Below, piece after piece: positions 51,683-62,705 of a DNA stretch of 64,000 bases (position 1 is the stretch's first letter; every line of letters begins with the position of its first letter). A program made the position numbers and the translations under genes. Source of the DNA: Lytechinus pictus. Its lineage: Eukaryota. The stretch lies in the NCBI RefSeq assembly GCF_037042905.1, contig NC_087251.1:40860001-40924000 (forward strand), given 5' to 3'. Under the pieces are notes generated by a model. The model saw nothing but the letters and a program-made list of their open reading frames with translations. It made no database searches and had not been told where the DNA came from.

Positions 51683-51922
51683 CACTGCAAAAACTCCGGT
51701 GTTGATTTAACACCAGCACGGAATCTATATATGTCCACACCAGAGAAGTATTGAAACAACACCAGTTTGGAATCAAACCGATTCTGCTTTAATACTAATT
51801 GGTGTTGTATAAACACCTATCTGGTGTTAGACCAAAACGAAACTGGTGTTGTTTAACACTTCTCTGGTGTGGACATAATAGTTTCGGACTGGTGTTAAAT
51901 CAACACCACAGTTTTTGCAGTG
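51683..51922. mobile_element. CAC-terminal MITE with CG duplication
   Basis: CG|CACTGCAAAAACTCCGGTGTTGATTTAACACCAG ... CTGGTGTTAAATCAACACCACAGTTTTTGCAGTG|CG. Confidence 0.8.
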
Positions 51923-52370
51923 CGCCTATAGGTCTATAAAATACTAGAATATATTTTTTAATGTTGTGCATGAAGTTGAGAATGTTCTACAAATGTTGTT
52001 TTTATTTCAAAACGTTGTGTGTGAATTCAAAGGTCATTTCAAAGTGCGCACTTTGCAGAATGTTGTTTTATAAAATAGAATGATTTCCTCCAACAGGTGA
52101 ACTTTGTCCGATAAGCAATTGAAACTGTATTAGTTGGTTTGAATAGGAAAATGTGACACAGCGTTGTCAACCGCATAAAATATATGACTAACTGATTCGT
52201 TTTTTACTACATAAAATATTATTCAAAAGGGTTGAATATATCCACCTTCATAATTATTTTGCAGTACAACATAATTTACGTAGGCCTATTTTGCAACCAA
52301 TTGAATACGAATTAGTTAAGGAGGCAAGTTTGTTGTTTAACGGTCACGTGATTACACCCCTGGAAGATAG

Positions 52371-52506
52371 TAATAATGATGATGGTGATGATGATAATAA
52401 CAATAATAATAATAATAATGATAATGATAATAAAAATGATAGTAATAATGATAATACTGATAATAATAACAGCAACAACAACGATTTGACAATAAATAGT
52501 AATAAT
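52371..52506. repeat. (AAT/GAT/AAC)n compound trinucleotide microsatellite
   Basis: Direct reading; it explains the poly-N/D and poly-L ORFs. Confidence 0.9.
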
Positions 52507-52554
52507 TCCTGATCATTTATGAAACACAATTTTATATAATAAGCTTTTGACCTG

Positions 52555-52683
52555 GTGCCCGTAACACAAAGCTTAGCAAAGATCGTACAACAATTTTCTA
52601 CGATTGATTGCATTGACAACAATGTACAATAAATCCTGAAAATCAAGAGTACGATTAATCCCTAACCTTTGTGTTACATGGAT
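52555..52683 (+). mobile_element. MITE copy of the 49556-49685 family
   Basis: GCCCGTAACACAAAGCTTAGC ... CTAACCTTTGTGTTAC with the same interior; CTG on the left. Confidence 0.75.
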
Positions 52684-55600
52684 CTGTCAATGAATCATCC
52701 TCCCATCAGGGTTGAGTGCGGCACAAAATTAATGTTTTCTGGCTTGGTAGTTCAACTTTAAATTCGTTATCCTGATACTACTTTGAATTTGCTCGATTCT
52801 TCATTATAATTCATGATTTGTATCTGACCTGGTTTAGATGTGAATGTGGTGAGCATTGTGTGTGTGTATATTTATATATATATATATATACTTTTTTTTC
52901 CAGAATAATATTTTATTGTTCGTATAGACATGGCACCTATACGTCCCAATTGTTCATGACGGGTCATATTTCATTAGGGATTTCAGCCAGCGATTGATGT
53001 TGTTGTGATAAGGTAAGAGGGAGATAAAAGTCTTTAAGGAGCGTGGTAGTAACACGATGATGGATGGAGAATACCGTTGTCATTTTTCATACTTTTAACC
53101 TGTTTTATTGAGGTGATCCGGACGAGAAGGTTGAGGGGCGCGAAGGCATAGGTTTCGATTCAAATTCTTTATTACGTGGCGTATCAAATGAAAATATATT
53201 ACTTCCATGATTGTCATCGATGCGTTTTTAAACCAGTTATCGCATTACAAATGGATCGGGGGTTTCAACAATTTACTTGTGGACGAAAAAAAATTATGTA
53301 GGCCTACATTTTTGCCTCCTATTCTTCTTTTAAAATTGTCTACATAGAAGTATACCCCATTTCATAGTTAAAGACAATGGACAAATAAAGCGAAGGTGAG
53401 TGATGGGTTCAACGATCAAAATGTAGAAAGCTCAGTATAAAGAAGAACCTTTTATCAACCAAACTAAAGCCTTAGTAAATGTCTAACCTGTAGAAAATTC
53501 AGATAAAATCAGCTCGATAGTTCAGGCAGCATCAACTGAAAAAGAACTTCGACAGTTTGAAAACAGTCTGAAAACTTACCAGTTTTCCTTTAAAAATAAT
53601 ATAGGCCTATTGGTATCGGGTCAGAGTAGCTGAAGTTCCAGAACTCTTATTTTCCTTGAAAGCTTTGGGGTTGTGCTTCTATGGGAATAAGATGAAACCC
53701 CGAGTGTGAATAGGTCGATGAAGAGGGCAAAGTCAGACAGCTGGCACGATCATAAAATATGACATATCATCAAGGAGATAAGAAGATTTATTGATGCATC
53801 CAAGACAAAGTACCTATATAGGTATCGCTATGGACCTAGGTCCATGGTATCACTTACTGCATGCCTGCATCGTGACTGCATAAAACAGTTTAAAGGGGCT
53901 CAAGAAACAGATTTGAATGTTAAAAAAACAGCCCTCAACGTTCAATATAATTATTAAAAACAATTTCCAGGGTATCGTATCTTATCAAAACATTTAAATC
54001 AATAGATGGGAGAGATGAGAGAGAGAGAGAGATGTAATATGATAAAAGGAAACTAATAAATATTCTTAAACGTCTCTAAATATTCAAACCTCCACCTAAA
54101 AATGTAAGGCAAAATTCGGATATAGTAATGTGGGAAATAGCACATAGTGAACTTTGTAACTGCTAGAAGGACTCCCGTATTTGCCAGAAGTTTAACTTAA
54201 AAAAAGTCTCAGAACTGTGAACCTCGATGGAATCTATAGTGGACCCCGACTGAGTGTATTTATAATTTGCTTGTAATAACACTCAACGACATGATTTCAC
54301 TTCCACTCGAGAAAAAAATTACATATTTGTAGTACAATCAGACTGTGTACAAAGCTCTTAATTGCGGTTTCTTTATATGATATTCCATGTAAAAGGCATG
54401 AACACTTTGCAATCGAGTTATAATACCCTTTCCTGGATATCAATCATTCTTGAGTTATATGAAATATATATTATGGCATTAGTATTGTCTATATAACTTT
54501 GGGCACGTCTCCCACATATTATTTTATTCTAAGAAATAAATGAAGATATGAATCCCTTGTGATCTTATCTATAGATTTGACATTGATGACTCGATCATAA
54601 AACATAATTTAAAATTTTAGGTTGAAGAGAGAATACATAGTTTAAAGAAATCTGAATTATAAAAATCAGTTAAATTTTGTCAGTTTGAGACATGATGAAT
54701 AATTCACTTTTATCTGGTATCGCACCGGTATAAACCCATCTCAACGATACCCTATCAAGCATAAAGAAGGAACCACTCCTCCCTATTATTATGGCCCGAC
54801 TAATCGGATTTGGGTCTTGCTAGCTAATATTTGTGAAGAGGTTTTAATCTGGTTAGTAGATATGATCAACAATTGTTTTGGAAGAGATGGCATACATGAC
54901 ATGATTATATCCATGGCGTCTATATCATTCTGATGGTTGACAACCGTTGTATAACTATGTTTGCTATTTCAGAGCTTTCTTTCTGAGACAGTACTGTAAG
55001 TATTGACCAAAGTCAATCCACAGAAGGTTTTTCAAGAAGTATTTGTTTTAAATGAAACAGAATAAAGCGCAACCACTGACATTCGACATGTACTAAACCT
55101 TGTTCTATAGAATCATTGTAGATGAAAGTAAAGCAAGAAAGTCACGTGGTTTCATCGTTATGTGTACCAAGAATCAACACAAAATTACTTATGCCCGAGA
55201 CGCCTTTTTTGTAGATCCGCGTAACAACGTGAACCATGCAACAAACGCAGACAGATTCTGATGATAACAGATCCATCAAATTGTTTGAAATATATTTTTA
55301 TCACTATAGGCCTAGGCTATCTGCATTCCTGCCCGTTGTACATAATCAGTTTTATTTCATCATGATGTTTATTAGCATGATCATGATGACATCTCTTGCT
55401 TCTCCACTAATTGCTGATAATAAGTCGCTGCCCTGACTCACGTTCTCTCATTTTTAAAGACGTAATTTCACTGAATTTGATTTCAAATCTCAGCTATCCT
55501 ATTGAAATGAAGACGATGACCTAATGTAACCCCCAATTATCCGGTTCTTTCTCCGTATTTTTATCGCCATTATAGTGCAATTATTCTCTTGAAACTACTG

Positions 55601-56696
55601 GTCTTTTATATTAATCCACTGAATGTCCAAGATAGGATGCAATAAAGCAGTAATTGCGTCTATAGTGTACTTATTATAGTAGACCCATATAGAGCTGTGT
55701 TTAATAGCTCCATGGTAGACCTATTACCATGACAGGCGGATCAAAATATGTTCTTTGTCATTTTCTTAAAAGTATTTAGCTATACGTCTTATCATTTTGT
55801 GGAAGAAAAGATTTGAGTAATTTTAGAGATTACAGACATCTGTCTTTTCACATTACCAACAACAACCTTCTGATACTAGAATGTTCAAAACGTAAAATTT
55901 GTTGACCAATAAATGAAGAAAAAAAATTGCCGACAAAAATTAATGTAACATGGTTTCAGAAAGCGTGTTCACATAGTTGACTATGCTAATAAGTTATTCA
56001 CACTGTTCAAAAGCTCCAATTTACTCGTGAAAATTATTTTAGTGTGTTGTGAACAGTTTGTGTTCTTCCTTAATGGTTCCTCCATTGATATCTGTTAATA
56101 GTGTCGCCCCAGTCCTATCATTCCCCCTTTATCTGATCACGTGAGTAATACTTTCTTCTTTAATATATATATATATATATGATGTTCAAGGGAGGCATCA
56201 TGGTGTCTAGACATCACCCAATCACATTCCAAAGATGCATTGTAAATCCCACATCACTCATACATCAGAAGAGATGGACAGATGGAATTCTCCCTCCTCC
56301 TCCTTATCGCAATCTTGATTTCTTTCCCTTTTCAGGTTTGCAATGTTGATTTCCCAACTACCTCTTTTTCAATCACTAACTTAATATCATTCGCGCAAAA
56401 TAGTTCTAGAGGTACATTATTATGTAGGGCAACATCCCGATTGAATTTGTGTGTTTCAATTCTCAATTCTCCTTTAAAGCTTGAGAAAGGAGGTTTAGCC
56501 AATAAGGAGTGTCATTGTAGTATTTTATTCCAAGGAAAATCACGACAAAATGGACTAATAACATCAAAGTATTATAGGATATCTCATTTCGATTTGTGTT
56601 TTTTTTTTAAATTCTAGTATGGTTTAATACGTTTATCTCCACATGAAGTACGTGAACTCTGAAAAGAATCACCCCAAACTGTTTTCATGTCAGTAT

Positions 56697-57039
56697 GGAA
56701 GCGTCGTGGTGTAGCGGTTCTGACTCTCGCCTTGTAATCAGAGGGTCGTGTGTTCGAATCCCACCATGGCCTACAGCGTCCTTTGGCAAGGCGTTAATCC
56801 ACACTTTGCCACTCTCCACCCAGGTGTTAAACGGTAGGATGTGAAAGCCTATATGTAGTATGCCTAGCAATTGAGTCTTGGAACTCTTGTTGGAATGCTC
56901 CCCAGGGAGTGGAGAAGGTGCATACATTGTATACGGGCATGCAAAGATCCGATGACCGGGGTAATAATGTCTGTAAAGCGCTTAGAAACGTCGTTCCGAT
57001 GTATCAAGCGCTATATAAATGCGGAATATTATTATTATT
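56697..57039 (+). mobile_element. Full-length tRNA-derived SINE with CORE-like domain
   Basis: A box TGGTGTAGCGG and B box GTTCGAATCC. CCTTTGGCAAGGCGTTAATCCAC...CTCCACCCAGGTG block; GCGCTATATAAATGC and (ATT)n tail. Confidence 0.85.
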
Positions 57040-57802
57040 CATCCAATCCCCGATAATTCGGTATGTTTACCCAACAATAACTGAAATCCTCCATCTCCCT
57101 CTACAAGTTCATCCATAAATGCCAGTATCCGTCAATATACAGCAAACCATTATCACTCACACAAACTTCATTGATTTCCATGAAGCGGAGTGAATTCGAA
57201 GTACAAGTGTGACCAAAATGGGACTCTCAAAGGGGTATGGGCGGGAGCACTTACTTGCTTGGTCGAGTCCGTTTTTAGAATAGATCCTCACGCAACTTGA
57301 ACCTCTTTGTGGCTTTCAATATAATCTAGAAAAGCCTTTATCATTGCATTTACCTGTTTATGGACGGATCAATGGTAGGGCTTGCGCTTCGATTATCTAC
57401 TTCATTAACTTCATTAATCATCTATTCATCCATTAAAAGGGATTTAAGTAAGCCCTAAATGATGTTTCCTAATCAAATTATCGGTTATTGTGGGGATAAT
57501 CTCATCTTTACTCTAATCCCACCCCCTTTACTTGCACTTTCTTCCTTTTGGATTTGTGATATTATCAAGTCAGGTCCATGAAAACGTATCACCACGGTCA
57601 CAGGCAAGAGCATGAAGACAATGAACTGAAACGTCTTTTTTATTCGAGCCCCCTCCCCCTTCCTCCTCTCCCTTTCTCCTTGTGGTTTATTGTGCACTTA
57701 GGCTGATTAATACTCGTATTATCATCTCGAATATTTACAGATTCTTGATCAGAATCATCGAAGCTATGAAAATATAAAGCAAAATTTAAATGTGCTGAAT
57801 AC

Positions 57803-57970
57803 ACTGTAAAAAACTATTGGGTGAACGTTTTACCACCACGAGTGTAATTATGTGTCCAACCAATTTGGGGCAGAATTTTACCCAATGCGGGAAGCATATT
57901 GTCCAGTTAAACTTAGGTTAAAAAATAAGCAGCAATTACTTTAAAATGGGCAAAATTTTCATCACACTGG
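57803..57970 (+). mobile_element. Truncated CAC-terminal MITE
   Basis: TA|CACTGTAAAAAA left end only. Confidence 0.4.
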
Positions 57971-58511
57971 ATACATAAAAATGATCATCATGATCATTTA
58001 AATATTCAAGTTGTCCATCTCATCAGTTAAATACATTTTGAAGAATTTGTCAAATTTTCATTCAATCGTCACTCAATGCTTCTGTCATGATGTAGACAAT
58101 AATATCAACGCCTAAAACAATTTCACTCTTGACCAAAGAAACAATATAAAACATACAAAGTTGCCCATGCACCTCAGTCTGTTTCGATCAGTCGGCCTAA
58201 TGATTCGCTTCAAATTATACACAAATCCATCATGACCTTTGATCAAGCAAAAAGTACGTACTGCAAAGAAGGATGTTCAAACAACTCTGAGTAAACTTTA
58301 AATCCAAAGAATTAACAAAGAATTATAACATTGGCTTGGATGATAACGCTATCCATGATATTAATATTCAAATAACGTACTCTAGACGAAGAATAACTTT
58401 GATTTTGAAAACTTTTGTCGCTGTTCATTATACTAGAAATATATGCGTTTGAGTAATGTTATTGTTAGGTTATTGTTAGGGCATGGATCAAGTGAAATTA
58501 AAACGACTCAC

Positions 58512-58890
58512 CCTTTTCAATTTCAGTTTCCACTATGCCGTATAAGATGGGCAATTGCGCGAAATAGTCATCACTGGATCCTGCTAACCCCTGACATTGT
58601 TGCCTCTCATTTTGATATTTCTCCTCAAGCAGTGATACCGTTAGATTATATAAATCCATTGTTCGTTTATCAACCTCCTCTGGGCCGTCATCTGTTGGTA
58701 GGGCAGTAAGACCAAGTTTGCTGAGTATTTGTCCCTTGATGGCAGCGATCCTCCTTTCCTGATACTCCTGGAGATCAAACTTACATTGTCCACCGGCACC
58801 AAGACCGTCGAAAGTCAGGGAAAGAACTGCTAAGCCAAGCCATGACGCCAAAAGGCATCGTGTGCATGGCGTACTGATTGATGAAAACAT
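58512..58890 (-). CDS. TGFB: TGF-beta coding exon 1 (signal peptide and N-terminal prodomain)
   Basis: ATG at 58890 in aaaccATG context (the ORF-track start at 58914 is a GTG). Hydrophobic LLASWLGLAVLSLTF. QCKFD...RRIAAIKGQILSKLGL matches the TGF-beta LAP motif RIEAIRGQILSKLRL; LYN and DYFA motifs follow. Donor G|GTGAGT at 58512/58511. Confidence 0.93.
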
Positions 58891-59494
58891 GGTTTGCTGT
58901 TTTTTTACCGTCACTTCAGTTTAAATTTGAAAAATTAATAAGTTAAAAAGCTGCAGATATTTACACTGTAACTGTGAAAATGTCATGAGTGATAATTCAA
59001 TCCTGGACTAAATATATGCACATATATTTATACACTGAAACTGCGGCAGTTGTCATTAATGGTTATTCAGTCATGGACTAAACCAAGTTGCAACATTTAC
59101 CTCAATGATTTAGCTGAAAGACACCAGGACAAGTGTTGGTTTGGAATGATTTCTAAGGAATTTAGATTATTCTACCAGGTAGAAAAAACACAAAATGATG
59201 AAAATACAGTCAAACATTAGACAGTTTTGTCACGAATCTTATTCATTTTGAAACTCATTCGCGCTTCCAAAATATTGATGAATACGGATCATGCTCAGAA
59301 GACAGCTATCAGACTGATGACATCATATCATGCCAATGATCATCAAAAGGTGTTTGTAAGACGGCGATTAATTTGAAATCCAATAAGGTAAATTGAAGAC
59401 CGTTCCTAAATACGTTAGCTGGGATGCATACATCCAATCCACTCTTCAAGCACCATCACCAGTGTGTCTCAGCATTTCTTGGCTTTATAGAATG

Positions 59495-59527
59495 CAGTGA
59501 TGCCTGGTGAAGTGGAAGTCTTTTATA
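59495..59527 (-). promoter_or_regulatory. Candidate TGF-beta core promoter: TATAAAA plus initiator-like TCACTG (+1 at ~59498)
   Basis: Minus-strand TATAAAAG at 59527-59520 with TCA(+1)CTG 29 nt downstream. Upstream are CCAAT (59674-59678), CACGTG (59746-59751) and CCGGAA (59767-59772) in non-repetitive, GC-richer DNA. Confidence 0.5.
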
Positions 59528-60167
59528 CCGGTGCTGGGAGGAGTTGGGTGGTAATAGCTGCTTGTCTCTATCCGTCCTGGGTTCCTCAAGCGAGACAGGT
59601 TCGTCTGGTCACGATCAAAGATCGTCGTCTGCTACGGAACCAAAATACACCTACGTTGTATGAGTGTGTGTGTATTGGTTGGATGTACACTTTGGCGGTG
59701 TTTTGGCTACCATTCAAAGATTTGTTGGAGGTAGAAAAAAAAACGCACGTGAGCGCGTTACGCCAACCGGAACAGAGAGGGAATTCGTGGAGAAGCCTGT
59801 GAGGGCTAAACAGAGAGGGGTGGGTGGAGGTTGAAGGGGACTGCTGGAGGGGGCTGGAGGTTGTAAACTGGAGACAAATAAAGAGAAATGCATGAGGATC
59901 CCAGAAAGAGTCATGAATTTGTATCGAATCCTTGAGGAATGGATAAGAGCGAGGGCGAGAACATGAAATGTTGACACCCGGTTGACACATCAAGTGGAAC
60001 TGCATTAGGGCATGACGACGACATCTCGAAACTATCATTTTAAAATTGGATATCAGCCCCATGACAAATTTTATATAACGATGATATAAAATATTTGAGA
60101 TAAAATCAATAAGTAAAAGCAAATTATTCAGTCTGCAATTAGGTAAGCTGATATGGTATGTACGATA

Positions 60168-60402
60168 GTGGTGGTGGTGGTGGTGATTGTGATGATGATG
60201 ATGTAATAATAGTGATAATAGTCATGATTATTTGAATGCTAATAACATTATTATCATTATTATTAATGATGACGATAGTGATGATTATAATAATATTAAT
60301 AATGATTTGAATGAAAATAACATCATCAATCATGGTAGTGATAATTATTGATGATGATGATGACGACATTGATGCGGCTGCTGATGGTCATCATGATAAT
60401 CA
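60168..60402. repeat. (GGT/GAT/AAT)n compound microsatellite upstream of TGF-beta
   Basis: Direct reading. Confidence 0.85.
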
Positions 60403-61409
60403 TTTCCCGCAATATTTTCAGAAGTTTTGGTGTTTTTTTTTTCTTCCTGTTGTTTATTATTGCAATTTATTTTCTTGCTTGAAAAAGAAAATGAGTGAAC
60501 AAAATTAGTGGAGAGTCACCAACTTTCTTTACCTTCCGCAATAATAGAGATGGCGCTGTAACCATCTATTTTGTCCGTTCAGACTCCGTTATGCTTTTAC
60601 AACGACCAGTTGGATTTCAATTCAGTGGGAACTTGGGAAGGGATTCTTTCAGAGGGCGAATAAAAACCATGACCCCTGTTCATCATTTGTTATAAGTGGC
60701 GGCACCGAGGAAGTGGTGGGCATGGGGGCATTTTCCCCCCTTCCCCCAATAATTTTTTAATAATTACGAAAAAAAATGTAGTTAATTGTAAATATTCTGT
60801 CACAAGTGTCATATTAAAACTAGTAGTGATCTTTTAACTCCTCAAAACTTGAAAAATATATCTTTTCTTGTCCACCATTGCTCCAACATTTTATTTTGCC
60901 ATCCACTTGCCCCCCCCCCCCCCCCCCCCCCCACTTTAAAAATCCAGGTGCTACCACGATTATTATAAAAGGAGGCTGCGCTCTACACGCTCCGCTTTTT
61001 AATAGCCTTCTCCATTCCAAACTTGTTTTGTTTGGTTATCTTGATTATATTGTACATATATCTTGTTGTTTTATATTGTTTATCTAATTATGTATCAAGA
61101 TGTATGGAACAAAACATATTGCAAATATTGAAAACGGAAATAAATAAAATAAAATTAAATCAAATCAAATATTTATTTCCTTATTTGTTTCACAGACGAT
61201 ATTTTCAAATTGACGGAGAGAGAACCGTTTATTTAACAATTAAATGTTTTTAAACATGTTCATTTTTATAAATTTCCGGTGTCGTTGTCACTTTAGAACA
61301 GTTTCATTGAGATAATATTAGAAGGTAAAAAAAATGATATTATAATCCCAAGGGTTAATTAACACTGGGAATCAATAATATTAACCTTAGTGTAGAAATT
61401 TATCGTCTT

Positions 61410-62243
61410 TGTCCATCCCCCCAAAAAAATGTTGATTTAATTCAATAGAGAAAAATCAAACAGGCATAATAATGAACATTTCATCAAAATCAAATGGAGC
61501 ATAAGTTATGACATTTTAAGTTACGCTTATTTCTAATAAAACAATGATGTACACAATTCAGTGACATGCAAATGAGAGTTGATGATGTCCATCACTCACT
61601 ATTTTTTTCTTTTTTTTTGTGTGTTTGAATTATACAATATTTCAATTTTTACAGATTTTACATTTAGGACCAACTGGGCTGAACCATAAAATCTTAAAAC
61701 AATGGTCAGATGGTAATTCCTCATGCTCAAGGGGGAATAAAACTTTGTTTCACATACAGTGGTGCTAAAAAATTAGTGAACCCACCAGAAAATTAACATA
61801 TTTAAAAGTGTTCAAGTTCTGCAATATTTTAGATATACAGTAGTGAAGTCAGGAGATGAGATTTTACATTCAATAAAGTTTGTTTTTCAAGGCTCGCCGG
61901 ACATTCTTGTATTGTTGTCTACATTCAACACTCGGCACGAAGGAGTGCATTTTCTGGTGGGGTTCACTAACTTTTTAGCAACACTGTAGGAAAACGAGAA
62001 GATTAGAATATTTTATATAATAATTTACAAAAGAAATTGTGAGAGAGTGACGGGTGACATCATCAGTCCCTTCATTTGCATACAGACCAAGATGTGCATA
62101 TAACTGTTTTGTTAAATAAAGCGAAATTTTTAAATTTCATAACTTAATTTTACATCCGATTTTGATGAAATTTTCAGTGTTATGCTTGTCGGATTTTTCT
62201 CTTTTAATTCAAATCAACTTTTTGTTGGGGTGGACTTGTCCTT
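61410..62243 (-). mobile_element. Third Kolobok-like MITE copy (orientation of 6551-7086), interrupted by a Tc1 MITE
   Basis: Collinear with 6551-7086; ends TTGGGGTGGACTTGTCCT. Confidence 0.75.
61757..61986. mobile_element. Tc1/mariner MITE with TA duplication, nested
   Basis: TA|CAGTGGTGCTAAAAAATTAGTGAACCCACCAGAAAAT ... ATTTTCTGGTGGGGTTCACTAACTTTTTAGCAACACTG|TA. Confidence 0.85.
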
Positions 62244-62496
62244 TCTGGGGGTAAGAATATGTACAAAAAATAAACAAAAATGTTCAAAAGTGAGGAAGCG
62301 AAGCGGCCGAGTTGATCAATGGGGCGTATTTAGATTGAAGTTCAGGATTTTGTATACACTGTGTGTACATTGTTGTGACAAATTGAAATATAGGAAGATT
62401 ATTCCTGCTCCCTTATAAATACACTTAGTAAGAAAACTATGGGTATATGTGTGAAACAAACGGGAGGTAGGATGTAAAATTGCATTGGGAATGGTG

Positions 62497-62705
62497 TAGT
62501 CTGCTACGCAGACTCTGAATGGCTCGTGAGGTGGGATCTCAGCGCGCGAAGCGCGCTGCTGCTGGTTTGCGAAGTAAACTAGCCCGAAAGGGCGATCGAA
62601 GCGAGCCATTTCAGAAGACCTAGTCTGCTTTGCAAAAAGCTTTACAGACTCCTTGAATCAGCTGTGATACACACACTGCAGACGTGGGTCTACATTTGTA
62701 GACTA
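62497..62705. mobile_element. AcademH-like non-autonomous element with a highly structured interior
   Basis: TAGTCT...AGACTA ends. Flanks GGAATGGTG / GAAATGGTG match at 8 of 9 positions, like a 9-bp TSD. Confidence 0.6.

Larger units (their letters stand above)
24408..58890 (-). other. TGFB: Whole coding locus of TGF-beta (sensu stricto) precursor: complement(join(24408..24904,25842..25958,35095..35394,58512..58890)), 430 aa
   Basis: Exon lengths 379+300+117+497 = 1293 nt = 431 codons including TAG. All three introns are GT-AG and phase 1, and the spliced frame is open. Domain order is signal peptide, LAP, RRRR, 9-Cys cystine-knot ligand. Confidence 0.93.

Noticed and set aside
52291..52646. 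Poly-N/D and poly-L ORFs (also 60139-60508)
   Set aside because: Translations of trinucleotide microsatellites.
58891..58914. ORF-track N-terminal extension MTVKKQQT
   Set aside because: It starts at GTG. The first ATG (58890) has good context and directly precedes the signal peptide.
59586..60122. 178-aa minus-strand ORF upstream of TGF-beta
   Set aside because: No recognisable domain or splice support, and it overlaps the candidate promoter.
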